From Hemiscyllium ocellatum (Eukaryota): a stretch of 64,000 nt of DNA. Shown here piece after piece: positions 24,741 to 37,819 of this stretch (position 1 is its first letter; every line of letters begins with the position of its first letter). Both the position numbers and the translations under genes were made by a program. The notes beneath the pieces are model-generated. The model made no database searches. It saw only the letters and a list, made by a program, of their open reading frames with translations, and was not told the DNA's origin. The stretch spans positions 40,415,001 through 40,479,000 of the forward strand of contig NC_083421.1 in assembly GCF_020745735.1 (NCBI RefSeq), given 5' to 3'.

Positions 24741-25495
24741 TTTTTTGAATCTATGCCTTTCATTTGACAAGCTTCACTGTCTGTTCGTACATGAACCATG
24801 GCTATTGTTGTAAACAGCAGAGAGTTGTTTATTTTTGGAAGGTGTTTAAGCTTTGCTTTAATCAGAGGAATAGTTTAAATTTAATCTCAACTTGAATTTG
24901 AAATCTTAAGACAACTTCAGTCTTGTTTTGCAAAGTTTGACAAAATTATTGTTTAGTCAGAAAAAAAGCAAAAATCAAATGATAAATTCACTGCTTTTTT
25001 TAAAAGTTCATAGAAAAATGTTCATAAATAATAAACTCGCACTTGAAGACAACTGAAAGATTATTTTGCCATTTCAACTGACAATTTTGCTTTCAAGAAT
25101 TGAAGCCAATTGACTGATTAAAATTGAAATTTTTCTCGCAAATTTTAATTTATTAACTATATTCTCTTAACACTGCATCACTAATAATATAGTCTGAGTT
25201 TATAATTGTTTCTGTTGCACTTATACTAAATGGTAACTCGTTAGCTTTTCATGTGGCCTGCAGTGGTCTCACTGCTTTTCCTAGAGGTATATACTTATAT
25301 ATTCAATATACTTTACGTATTCATAATCAGAAGAGAGTAACCCTATAACAACTTTACTGAAGAGCTACCCATGTGTAGTAATTGTCACCTTTCCTAGCAG
25401 GGGCTGGATGAAGCAGTTAATGATAGTCATTATTACTTATTAGTATAAGACAGTTTGAAAAAAAAGCTTAAAAATATAAGGAAATTCAACTTTAC

Positions 25496-25570
25496 CTATG
25501 GATAAGTCTGATTCACAAATGGGATCGTTGTGAAGCCTGTGCTTGTGGTCAAAATCAAGATGACATTGTT
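25496..25570 (-). CDS. Zinc-finger gene exon (75 nt, phase 1-1): QCHLDFDHKHRLHNDPICESDLSI
   Basis: Acceptor ttttattgcag, donor TAG|gtaaag; open frame. Confidence 0.78.
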   Translation of the reverse strand, partial: NNVILILTTSTGFTTIPFVNQTYP

Positions 25571-25667
25571 CTGCAATAAAAGCATTATATGGAGAAATAA
25601 AAGAACTTGAAGAAAAATAAGCTGCATTTTTTTTATAACTCTTACTTAACAGGTATCACTTATGTAA

Positions 25668-25845
25668 AGGTAAAATCACCATAGTCTTACCAGACCGTTG
25701 GGCTGCTCTCTCATTAACCTGAGGGTCACCAGGAGAGGTTGAGAAGGACAGTCTTTCATGATAACCTCAGCTGGTCTGGGAATTAAACCCGCATAGTTGG
25801 TATTACTTTGTATTGCAGACCAGACATCCAGCCAACTGAGCTGGC
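25668..25845 (-). mobile_element. tRNA-derived SINE fragment (different family)
   Basis: Antisense AGCTCAGTTGG A-box and GGTTTAATTCC B-box. Confidence 0.55.
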
Positions 25846-26366
25846 CACACATATAGCACTTAATCATCTATCAGTTTTCTTAAACTGCAGAACTTTGATT
25901 ATGTATAATGAGATCATAGCACTAACAAACAGGGAATGTTGAGCAGATACTTTTGGCCTTGCTGCCACGTGGAACCCCTGAAAATACTAATTTAATTCTT
26001 CCCACTATCCTGATTAGATATACTAATGACACACCTCTGTGGCAGGTGGGATTTGAACTCAAACCTTCTGGCCCAGAGACAGGGACATTACTATTGCACC
26101 ACAAGCTTCTACAGTATCCTTTCTGGTGGTTAAATTTAAACAGTATTAATTGGTAAACAGGCATGAGGTAGTCCAAGTAGCTACTTTACCGATGTAATCA
26201 TTGGAAACCTGATTTAAGGGAAGTTCAAGAATCAATCACTACACATGGTAAAGCCTTGGACCTTTTCTGGATGAAAGCTAGCAATACAAAACATATGCAC
26301 AAAAACACATCTAAATTTCACTTGTCATTCAAAGATAGTCATATCTAGAGGCCTTGAATTTAGATG

Positions 26367-26585
26367 GAGAAAGTGAGGACTGCAGATGCTGGAGTATCAG
26401 AGCTGAAAATGTGTTGCTGGAAAAGCGCAGCAGATCGGGCAGCATCTAAGGAGCAGGAGAATCGACGTTTCGGGCATGAGCCCTTCTTCAGGATTCCTGA
26501 AGAAGGGCTCATGTCCGGAACGTCGATTCTCCTGCTCCTTAGATGCTGCCTGATCTGCTGCGCTTTTCCAGCAACAGATTTTCGA
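26367..26585. mobile_element. Fold-back element with twin hammerhead motifs, copy 2
   Basis: About 89-bp inverted arms around position 26494; same 5' leader as copy 1; degenerate TSD CTTGAATTTAGATG / CTTGAATCTCGATG (26353-26366, 26586-26599). Confidence 0.88.
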
Positions 26586-26739
26586 CTTGAATCTCGATGT
26601 CTGGAACTTGCATTGCTGGTAGCCTCTCAAAGCAGGGATAGAAAATTAGCTGGTTTCTATGAGGCAAATCCTCATTCAAATAGCTTAGACCAAACAACAT
26701 TTACCAAGTTCCTAAATGTGCAAACACCACAAAACCAAA

Positions 26740-28190
26740 TTGAAATTAGGAATGGGAGTAGGTCAAATAGTATCTTAAGCCGATTCCACCATTTTATAAA
26801 ATCATGACTGATTTGACAGTGGCCTCAACTCTACTTTGCTGCCTATCTCTTAAACCCTTTCACACTTCGGTCAGTCAAGAATCTAACTCTGCCTTAAAAA
26901 TATTCAAGGACTCCATCTCCACAATGCCCTGGGAAGGAGCATTCCACTGATTCACAACCCTTCGGGAGAAAAATACTTTCCTTCTCTCAGTTTAAAAAAA
27001 AGACATGTCTCATTTAAAACAATGTAACCCCCAAGGTCTACCTTGTCAGAATCGTATATGTTTCAAGAAGATTACCTTTCATTTCTAAACTCCGATGGAT
27101 ACTAGCCAAGCCTGTCCAAGTTTTCTTTAAAAGATAACCCAGTCATCCCAAGAGTGGAGTGAACTTTCTCTGAACCACTTCTGCTTATGTTGTTTTTTTT
27201 TAAAAAGTAAGACAACCAAAACTGTACACACCAGGAGACAATTTTTAAAAGTAAGTAGTTTCCCACTTAATCCTCAGAGAAAAATTATCATCTTTGTATT
27301 ATTAGTCTGTGGTATTCTCTTCCCAGGCAGCAGAGCAAACAGGGTCACTGAATACTTTGAGTCTGAATTAGATTTTCACCAGTTAAGAGAGTCAAAGGGT
27401 ATTGGCGGTGGGCAGTACAGCTAAGTAGGAACCACAATCCAACCAGCCGTGATTTTGTAAAGTCACCTCCTCCTAGTTCTTATTTTGTTCACATTTTTAT
27501 GTTTAACAATGCCCTACGCAATTAATGCAAAAATCCCCACTTTTACATTCTTTTCCCCTTCCAATGAATGATAATATTCCAGTTGACTTCCCAATCACTT
27601 GTTCACACAAACATTTTGCATTTCATTTACCACAATATCAGCTCCCTCTGTACAGCAGCATTCTGAAATTTCTATTTAAATAACATATCATTTTTCTACT
27701 CTTCCTGCCAAAACAGTCAAGTTCACAATTTCTCACATTATGCTTCACCTGACAACTACTTTCACCAATCATTTAACTGATTGATATCCTTTTGCAGACT
27801 CTGTTTATTGTCTTCACAACTTACTTTGCTACATTTCTCAGCGCATCTGCAATTGTAGCAATGCATTAGATCCTTTCACCTCAGCCATTGACAGAGATTG
27901 TAAATTGTTGGGCCGCTAGCACAGATCCCGGTGACACCTTACCAACATAAATGTGACCAAATATTGTCTATTCACTGCTTCCCGCTGTGCAACCAACTCT
28001 ATCCATACTCATTTGTTACATCTTATACAGTATTAATGTGGCATCCAAATTTATCACATCAGCAAGTACTTCTTATCTACTTTGCTTTCCTTCAAAGAAC
28101 TCCAATAGTCAAATACAATTTCCCTTTCACAAAACTATATTGACTCTGCGTGACTGCATTCTCAGTTTTCACCCTGCGAAGCATCCTTAA
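26740..28190 (-). mobile_element. Decayed CR1 fragments
   Basis: Antisense CR1 3' end and RT-region resemblance, fragmented. Confidence 0.55.
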
Positions 28191-28606
28191 CCTCAACATG
28201 ATGTCTTACTCCTATACTCAAAAGACTGAGCAATAAAGACAATTGGTTAATATTGTCATTATAATTTGTTTGAAACTGGATTCTTGTGACTTCAACTTGT
28301 AATTTTGTCAACTGAGTTTCCAGATGAGATTTTGCTCAAGGCTGTAATATACAGAACAATTGAGTATTAATTGGATTGGATTGCAATGATGCTTCACTGT
28401 GTCGGAAGTGAATTTATTTGAGACTACTGATTGATGACTTGTCAATCCCAGCAGAACGCAGCATCAGGAAATGGTGAGAATGAACACTGAGCATTTTACT
28501 ATGTGAGGCCACTGGGAAATTCCAAAAGGATGACAGTCATCCTGGTCCACTTCATACAAATTCTGGAACTACTCCAAAGTCAGGATCATCCAGTAAGAAA
28601 GCTTAC

Positions 28607-28615
28607 CTCTGTACA
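28607..28615 (-). CDS. Candidate 9-nt microexon (phase 1-1, adds M-Y-R)
   Basis: ctttttgtctgatccatcctgtcag|TGTACAGAG|gtaagc, 80 nt downstream of exon 28696-28791. Confidence 0.35.
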
Positions 28616-28695
28616 CTGACAGGATGGATCAGACAAAAAGGTGAAATGTGCCTTAAATAAAGAGAGTGATGATGACAATTATTTATGCGACTTAC

Positions 28696-28791
28696 TGTTG
28701 GCAGTCTGCACTTGCTGTTTGTCGTCTCTTATAGGCAGCGAATTATAATGTTGGTCATCAATTACAACTTTTCTAACCAATCGTTCAGTAT
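28696..28791 (-). CDS. Zinc-finger gene linker exon (96 nt, phase 1-1): TERLVRKVVIDDQHYNSLPIRDDKQQVQTAN
   Basis: Acceptor attctcttctacag, donor ACA|gtaagt; open frame. Confidence 0.85.
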
Positions 28792-30323
28792 CTGTAGAAG
28801 AGAATACATTTAACTATTTTATATTATTTACATCACACCATTGTCATTAAAAAACTGATGAAGCAATAATTCAGTGTCAGCACATGCACAAATAAAACTA
28901 TTTAATGAACTTAACAATGGCAAGAGGAAGTTACTGAGTTTGCTTAACTGACTTTGAGAGTGACGTAAATCCAGTTTTTGCAGAAATGTAAAAGAGCAGT
29001 TTCTAGATGGATCCAATTTTCGGAGAAGTCCCCTTATCACCAGTGAGATTAAATTGGTGTTCAGAGGCAATAAGTTTGCAAACAAGCAACAATTCCCAGT
29101 ACACTCACTTAAGAACAAAAGGAAGTTAATTTATAGAAATATGAATAATCCATGGAAATAAATAGAAAAGTGAGAGTGAAAAGGCAAATGTGTAACATCC
29201 ACATGTTTACAAGTGTACAAATTGGAACCAAAAGCTGTTCAAAGTACAGGCCTCTCCAGAACAAATGAACTCTGATGGGAAAATTTGTTTGTTTTGCTTC
29301 TGAAGTGAAATTAGTCATTGTGCAGCACTGGTAATTATCAAAAGACAGCAGACATAAGGCAGCATGTAATCCTTCACACACCGTTTGGTGAATTAAGAAT
29401 TACTAGAAAACGTAGTCTATAGAGCCATACAAAAATAGCACATCTACTTCTCACTGCTTATTACTGTCATTTGACTTACACAGTGAAAACAATTCTCAAA
29501 ACACAAATTACTCAATGGAGTGGAAGATTGCCAAAGGTTAAGACCCTTAGACCCAATTAAAATCAATTACATTCTTTCAGTTCATTTTATAGTCTGAATT
29601 TCTTTGAAAAGTATTTTTCATGACCCTTTTAACACACAGATATTTCTTGGTACACCCTGAGCACTAATCTTCTTCCAAAGTCCAGGTTCTAATCCCTGGT
29701 TTCACTTGCTTAAGAAAATCATTCTATGTGTTTCTGAACAGGAATCCAGTATACAAGAGGAAACGTCAGTGAATTAGACTGTGATGATTACATCCAAGAG
29801 AATAATATTTTTAATGTTCCCTAGCTATGTCTTAATTTCAATTCAGTTTGCCATAACCTGCCAACATTTTTGCGAGATAAAGTAGAAATTGCTGGAAAAG
29901 CTCAGCAGGTCTGGCAGCAACCGTGGAGAGAAATCAGAGTTAATGTTTCAAGTCGAGTGATCTTTCCTCAGAAATCAGAAGTTTTTGCTAGTCTGTACAT
30001 TATTTATGCAAATGGAGCTTCTCCTAAATGTAATTTTTTAATAAAAGAGTCTGGTATTCTATTTTGTAATTGCAGTTTGGGTATCAGCTGCTTGATTCTT
30101 CTATTTTTAGAGCCAAAGAAAATGAAAAACTTTAGAAGTAAAACACTCGGGGAATATCTTTCTTCTGCAGAGCATAGCTAAAAAAACTGGTCTTTGGACA
30201 GCTTGATGCTGGCAGTGATGAAGAAAATGAAAAAAAGTGCTTTATTTACCCGCTTTTAGCAAATTACCAAAACCTGGAATCAAATCAGGTCATTATAATT
30301 AGTTTCAACTGTAGCAGACTCAC

Positions 30324-30398
30324 TATCAGCTTGTTTCTCAGTCAGCTGTGATCCAGTTATTTGATGCCAGCCTTGATCTGAAACTGTACTATCAACAA
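30324..30398 (-). CDS. Zinc-finger gene linker exon (75 nt, phase 1-1): (V)VDSTVSDQGWHQITGSQLTEKQAD
   Basis: Acceptor gttttccttttctag, donor ATA|gtgagt; open frame. Confidence 0.85.
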
Positions 30399-30832
30399 CT
30401 AGAAAAGGAAAACACAGGGATAGTTCAACAAAACAAGCAAAATTTAAGGCAACGTGGCATAGAGTGTTAAACAAATGTTTGAACTATTTTTTCAATCAGC
30501 AATTGAAAAATTTACCATGAATCACTTTGTTAAATTGAAGCTGAACAAGACGATGAAGGAATAATTCCAATAAGGAATAAACTAGCATAAATAATGCATC
30601 ATATACAAACAATATTAAGCATAAAGCTAAGAATAATAATTTTAACATGCACACCAAAATATTTTTCTAGAAGAAACAGCAGCTTCTACTTATTCAACAC
30701 CTTTAACAATAAAAAAAATTCAAGGTGCTTTACAAACTTTATCAAACAAAATTGGGCAAGAAGCATGCAAGATGATCTTGGAACAAAAAGCCTAGTTAAA
30801 AAGGTCGGTTTCAACCAGTTATTAATGGAGAG

Positions 30833-30990
30833 ATTTAGATTAGATTAGATTACTTACAGTGTGGAAACAGGCCCTTCGACCCAACAAGCCCACACCGACC
30901 CTCCGAAGACCAACCCACCCAGACCCATTTCCCTTCACCTAACACTACGGGCAATTTAGTATGGCCAAATCACCTAACCTGCACATTTAG
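30833..30990 (-). mobile_element. HE1-type SINE 3' half with (TAATC)n tail
   Basis: TTAGATTAGATTAGATTACTTACAGTGTGGAAACAGG matches the ends of other copies. Confidence 0.8.
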
Positions 30991-31763
30991 GAGAAGACTG
31001 CATAATTTAATGCTAAAGCTACACCATAATAATGCTCGATGCCACATTTGGTAGAGCAGCGATGTTGGGGGCAACAGGAGTGGGGACAGTGAGTTAAGAC
31101 TGGAAGAAAACACAGATAGAAAAGGACAACAGCAAGTAAGGATTAGAAAATCTAGGCAGTATATAATTGGGAACTCATGCAGGTCAGCAAACTCAGACGA
31201 AATGGGTAAAAAGGGACTTGGTGTGAGTCACGATATTGACAGCAGTTTTAAATAACATTTGCAGAGGGAATGATGTATAGGTCGGCTAGGAATGATATGA
31301 AATCGTCCCTTCAAACATCAAAACAAAATCACAAGCGACAAAAAATAATTTAATAAAAGGTCTCTGATCCTACTGGCCAGAAGTACAATGATACTGCATT
31401 ATATTCCACCACTCCGTCCTCTTTCTCCAAAATGATTCCAACTCTCCCTCCTTAAAAATTCAAGTGTACCATACTAACCATAGTTTTTATGGTCTTCAAT
31501 GTGCTTCCAGAAACTGGATTTGTATTTGTACTTCTTCCCACAAAAATCACACGAAAAAAAGTAATCTGAAGAATACATGAATGAAATATTTTAGAGCTGT
31601 TACCCCCTTGAATATGCATTTAGAGAGCATATAGCTCTCAGAACGTACGAAGATGGAACATATCAGCTTGTAACCCCAAATAAACTTTCAGAAGACTTTA
31701 ACTGTGCACACTACATACAAAACAAACAGAATAGAGCGATGTAAGAATTATAGTCTTTATTAC

Positions 31764-31850
31764 CTGGAAGTGGCCTTGGTTGGAATGCAGGGAGATGATC
31801 ACTTGAGGTAATGTTGAAATTTGATGGAGGACTTACTTTTCCCATTATAC
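31764..31850 (-). CDS. Zinc-finger gene linker exon (87 nt, phase 1-1): IMGKVSPPSNFNITSSDHLPAFQPRPLP
   Basis: Acceptor tttttacaaatccag, donor CAG|gtaata; open frame. Confidence 0.68.
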
Positions 31851-32499
31851 CTGGATTTGTAAAAATTTTGATTATCAATCTACACACCTTATATCTTCCA
31901 CACAGCAGTTAGGGGATCTCATGAAGCAGAGTTCACAGTGAATCAGACCTGAAGGTTTTCTATGATCTGGGACCACCACGTTCCGTTGGAATCCTCTACT
32001 GGCTTTTAATGGAACAGAAGATTAATGTCTTTCACCAGTAGCTTTTTCACTTAAACCATTCTCCAAGCTGGATCTTGCCTTTAATTTCCCTTATTATATT
32101 CCACATTTCCTCAACAATCTTTCTCTCTATACATTTGCTCAGATAATGTCTTCTTCTCTTAGATAACTTCCAACAAAGTCCCTTTCCCCTCCCCATCAGA
32201 ATCAGTATCTATTTTTCCCCTTGTTCCCTGCCCAACCGGTCTTTTCCATCCAGTTCTTTCCAATGGGAAGTTTGCAGTAGGCAAGGCCCATGGAGTACTA
32301 GTAGAGAACGTCAGGGCAGTATAGACATAAGAAAAGTATCAAAATCGTAAAGCAATGGAAACAACTGATGCTTGGGAAATTATTTATTAAGCTTAATTTT
32401 TCAGCTAGATTCAACTTCTGAGTAATGCTAAGGTACCTCTTTGCAATTATTGGGGAGCACAATGGAAAATTAATGTTTCATTTGAATAAGTTTTAAGAC

Positions 32500-33300
32500 A
32501 CAAGGCTGAATTTTCCCATAGTTAGACTAAATGTTATTTTCAGGGTATCTCACAGCAGCTGTTCTGTCATGGCTCATGAAGACTTTTCTCTTATTAATCT
32601 TCTGCTGCTCACCTCATTCATGATGAATCCTGGTTCTCTAGCACCGGTAGTATTCATTCATGCAGCAGCAGAGGTGAGTGTACTCGTCACTGCAGGAACT
32701 GTGCACCCTTCGTGTCAATGATGCCATAGTGAAACTCCAGCTGCGCAGCATTTTGAATGGTGCAAGCTGGGAACTGACTGCCACACTATGACTCCAACTT
32801 TATCATAAAGGACATGTCCCAGGATGAGAAGTTGGCACCCACTTCGCTGATAAGAACCTAGCCAACAGTGGGGGTGGAGAACAGGGCCATCCTTCTTCCT
32901 GTAGACTGGAAAGGAGATCACCCACCTGACTCAGCCAGTTGGACCCAGATAGCGACCCAGGTCAGTGCAATTTTCTGGGCCAAACAGAACTCCCAGCAGT
33001 ACAGAAAGTTCATTGATTGTCTATTCTCCATAAAGGTAAATGCCACCATCTTCTTTCTGCTACCTTACACTCACTCTAATTCTGCCACTGCACAGTAATA
33101 TCACCAAGGCTAGCAGATCATAACTCTCACTACGACATGCAGCACCTCCACTCAAAAACTCTCATTCACTTCATCCTCCCTTCCTGACCTATGCACTTCG
33201 TACTCACTCACTGGGGTCACCACAACAACTCTTCCACGTCTACACAATTGATGTCTTATTCAATGCTGTTGTCTTATAAAGAGCAAAACCACAAGAAATC
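32500..33300 (+). mobile_element. Decayed Harbinger-type element remnant with Myb/SANT-like coding relic (~32860-33035)
   Basis: VENRAILLP..WTQIATQVSAI..KQNSQQYRKFIDCL resembles the W..IA..VSA....R...QCRKKF.DL pattern of Myb/SANT-like domains. Confidence 0.5.
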
Positions 33301-34857
33301 CTCTGAGCACTGGTTCCAGATCAGCTGTGAAGCTGTACAGAATGTCAGAAATAGAACAGTATTTCAGTAACAGTACTCCTGATTCCTCATGTCCATTGAT
33401 ATGAAGTGACAATTGATGACATTGTGTGGCATGGAGGCTTCATCTTCACAAGGAGGCAATGGTTCCACATGGATCTCTGAGCTTTGTAAGTTTATGCAGA
33501 TGTAGTTGCAGATATTTTCACTGGAAAAGTTAATTTCACATCCACATTGACCTTCATAAAACTCACTCCAAAACAAAATACCCATGAACATCACAGACCA
33601 TGTCATTGCAAAATTACAGCTAGGTGTGACAATATGGCACCTCCAAATCAATGTATTGAATGCCAGGTATATAAAGCAAAGCAGAAATTACAAAGCCAGA
33701 TCAAACGCTTAAGTTAGAGTCTCCATGGAGTTTCATATCTCACATGACAGGGGCAATTATGCAAAGTATGTAATGGCCACGACTGCTTCACGCTATCAAT
33801 AATATTAATTATGGCCAAATGAGTAGTCTTTCAATGAGATCCAATTTGAAGGCAGATGGTTGGCATTGCAGGCTCAATGCATTCAGAGCAGGGTGTCATG
33901 TGTCATCCCTGAAGAGAAAACCATTACCTTACATCTGTGCACACTACAAGTGTTGCCACCAGCTTGTCGCATTATAACACAACAACCCTCTGCAGTAAAG
34001 AATTACAGAGATTCACTTTCCTGTCAGAGAAGAAAATCCCTCTTACCTAGGTTTTAACACCTGCACCAACAGATTCAAGAACAGCTTTTTCCCATTAAAA
34101 TGATAAATCAACTCTAACATCAAATAATGCCGAACTTGTTAATGTTGATCTTGTCTAACGTATGTCCTGTGCGGTGTAACCTATATGCCTTACTCTGCCC
34201 AAGTGTTCTTTTTCACCCTATGGTCTTGCTTACTATGATCTGCCTGTACCACTCGCAAACAAAACTTTTCATTGTACTGAGGTACACATGACAATAAATC
34301 AAAATCAAACAATCAATGTGTGAGCCCTCATTTTCAGATTAATCCTTCACACATTTTCAGATTAATACACTCACACAAACGGGAGACAACCTCACTGCAT
34401 CAATCTTGTTAAGCCTCCTAAGAATCTTGTGTTTCAACAAATTCTTCTGTCATTCTTTTAAAATCCAATAAGTATGAAGCTAACCTGTTCAAACTTTTCT
34501 CTTAAGAGAAACCCTTTCTTACCTGGGATCAACCTCATAAACCTCCTCAAGACTGCCTCCAACGTTAGTATATTATTCCAAAATTGTTCACCATATTACA
34601 GCTGTGGTCTAACTAGTATCTTATTCTGTTTTAGCAAGACTTCCCTAATTTTAGGCTGAGCATTTACTTGATGAGTTTCATGTTTGTAAGTTCATAAGTG
34701 AGTTCATTATTTCTGAGCATATTCTTGTTTAAGTCTGCAGTGAAACTTCCAGCAGAATGAGAAATGTCAGGAGAAATTAAGAAAAGTTCTTCATCATGTT
34801 CTAGCCACACAACAAATGATCATTTACAAAGAAAAACAGAAATTGCTGATAAAGGTC

Positions 34858-34877
34858 TGGGGGGGGGGGGGGGGGGG
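34858..34877. repeat. Poly(G) run of about 19 nt
   Basis: Directly visible. Confidence 0.95.
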
Positions 34878-36229
34878 AGTCACTCCACCCGAAACACTAA
34901 CTCTGAGTTCTCTGACAGATGCTGCCAGATCTGCTCAGCTTTTCCAGCAATTTCTGTTTTGGTTTCTGATTTCCGACAACCGCAGTTCTTTCAGATTTTC
35001 AAATAAATCATTTATTTTCATATGTGCAAAGAATCCTCTAAGTATTAATTTTCTACCTTTTTACTTTCTTCCAAAGGACTATCTTTAAAAATAAATAATT
35101 CTATCCTGGTAGAAAGATGACGTGCATGTCTATAGCACCTTTAATGACATCAGGACGTCCCAAAGTACTTTACAACCAATCTGATCATTGTTGCATTGTA
35201 GAAAATGTGGCAGTCAATTTGAGCACAGTAAGCTCCCACAATACTTACTCCAGTCACTACTGTGCTTAGAAAAAGGAATTCGATTTTTTTCTCATTTACT
35301 GGACGGCTGCTACTGGTACTTTACTATAATTTTTCCCCAATTGTGTAATTTCTTCACAGAAAATGGTTTCATGATAATTTTAGAAAAGTGCAAGGCAAAA
35401 CATCAAATTTATTCTGGATCATGAATTTTCATTATTGCAGCCAATGCTGACTTTGGCAATTGTGAACGTGCAACTAGCTGAGTCTGGCTTAAACTAGTCA
35501 AGCTCATATCAAGATACCCACTAGGTACTGCCGAAGGTGTAAGCAGTCACACTGATCTATGACACAAAACCTTATGCTTTTTTTTCCAAAGAAGCTACAA
35601 GATTAGCAAGGATATCATTCTGACCTTATACACTAAGGAGTCTTTCTGGAATGAAATGCAAGGAAAACATGACACATCCAATTCTCTGTTTGCTGAAGAA
35701 TGATACAATTGGAAAGCTACTCGGACCAAACTTAATAAACACAGAACTAGTCTTAATTAAACACTGTCGAGTACTGTGCACTACTCAAAATTACACATTT
35801 GTCCTTTTTATTAAAAAAGGATGTTGCCTTGTGCAAAGGAAAGTGCAACCAGAAAAAAAAAAGTCGTCGTACTTCTTGATTTGTGGCAGTCATTGCCATT
35901 GAGGTAAGTTGCAGTCTCAGAAACGTGCAGTGAAAAAATAATTCGGACTTGGGATCACTAGGCATGTGTGGTATTTTATTGTTAACTTGTAGGTCTGTTT
36001 CTATTTTAAAGATTTTGAGACAAGTTTTGGCAGTAACGGAGATGAGTGAAAAAGCTGTAGCTTAAGTTTCAGTGCCAAAAATGTACAGCATAAAATGATT
36101 TGTCAATTACCTTATGTTTCATCAGGATTTATGGTCCTCAAATAATCCAAAATAGATTATTAACGTCATCTTTTTAAATCAATGCCAATGGCTACTGAAC
36201 AGAAATTATATTTACTTTATAGAACTTAC

Positions 36230-36319
36230 AATAGGGAATAGCTTCCTCTGTCTTTATAACGGATGGCCTGATGGCCACAGAACTGCATCCTTTGTTGTGA
36301 AATTTCTCTTGCCATGAAT
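36230..36319 (-). CDS. Zinc-finger gene linker exon (90 nt, phase 1-1): SWQEKFHNKGCSSVAIRPSVIKTEEAIPY; an in-frame 147-nt variant extends to 36376
   Basis: Acceptors ggcctctttcag (36320) and tggttttctttcag (36377), donor ATT|gtaagt; both variants open. Confidence 0.78.
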
Positions 36320-37819
36320 CTGAAAGAGGCCAATTTCTGTATGAGCAGAAATCAAACTGTGGCAAATGATGAAAATCTGAAAGAAAACCAGAAAGATGGA
36401 AATAATTAGGAGATGCACCATCTGTGGTGAAAACAATTAATTAACATTTCAGATGAAAACTCTTCACAGAAGTGACACTTGCTCTTTACAGCTTGCTCAT
36501 TTTTGCTGTGATGTGTTTTCCCTCTAGCCGAGGTCTGTTTATTGTTCACCATTGTTTTCTCCTAAAATATTAATCTCATCTGTTCGCTTGCACAGATGCC
36601 ACGTGATCAGTTTGTTTCCTGAATTTATGTTACACTCTGGTGACAGACTAATTTGAAATAGTAACTGGCATAATTGTATAAATGTTGATAAAGCTTTGTA
36701 AATTACCGCCCTTAAATTAAAATTTAAAATATATTTTTCAATACAATATCCACATTATAAAAATGAATAAATCACTTTTTGGAGTGATGACAACATCTTG
36801 CATTCTCACATAACTATTTAATACAGATAAAATTTCTTAGAAATGTAAAATTTGAAATTAAAAATAGACCCTGTGCCAGAGATATTTGGCAGCCTGAATA
36901 AACTTGGGTTTAAGAGTAGTCTTGGAGAAGATGGAGATCGAATTTCAAAGCTTGAGGACTAGACAATTAAAGGTTTACTTCCTGTGGTGAGGCAAAAGGG
37001 ATTAGGGGGCAATAACATCCCAGAGCCAGAGCATGCTGAACTGGGGACTTGGGGAGGTAGGTCAGCATGGATTGAAAGCTTTTGATGAACAAGGCTGGGT
37101 GTGGGACAACTAACAGCAACAATTGAATGAGCTGAAGTTTATGGAAGTTGGGAGATTTGCTCAAACAGAACAAAGTTTCTTTTAAAATGATAATTGTATG
37201 GATGAGAATTTTAGCAAGCTAAGGCAGAGATGGAGGAGAATTTGATTCCAGATAAAGGTGGACAATTTGTGAAATGAAAATATGGGTCCATAAGTTCAGC
37301 TCAAGGTCAGTTAAGATCCTGACACTACAAATGATTTGTTTCACCCTGAAGGCAGGGAGAAGGCTGATAGAATTGGTGAAGCCATTAACCTTTTTGACAT
37401 TTCAAATGTTTAGCTGGAGAAAAATGAAGGCAAGGTGAATATGACGAAGATGACCATATATTTGGCTTTCATAAAAGGGGGAGCTTGCAGAGAGGAAGTT
37501 GGTTGGTGGGTAGGGTGTGAGATACTAATGCCAAATTCATGCTTCTTTCTAGAGATAACAGTGCAGGGGTTGGAAAAGAAACTACTGCCTGCTACAGCTT
37601 AATTGGAAAGACTGAAATGAAGGTATATATACTGAGCTGAGCTGTACAATGGAGGCATGGTGTTGAAGGATGAAATTGTGTCAAGAGAAAATCTTTCAGA
37701 AACTGTTGCCTTTCTAAACTGATACAAAGATAGTATGCATTTGACGTAGATTGTGGAAAAAAAATCCGAAGTACCAAGCTAAGGTTTACTGAAATGCAGT
37801 TTCAGTTTATGAGGCTTAC

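Noticed and set aside
28607-28651. 45-nt exon using the ttaag acceptor
   Set aside because: It needs a 44-nt intron and has a stop in the phase-1 frame.
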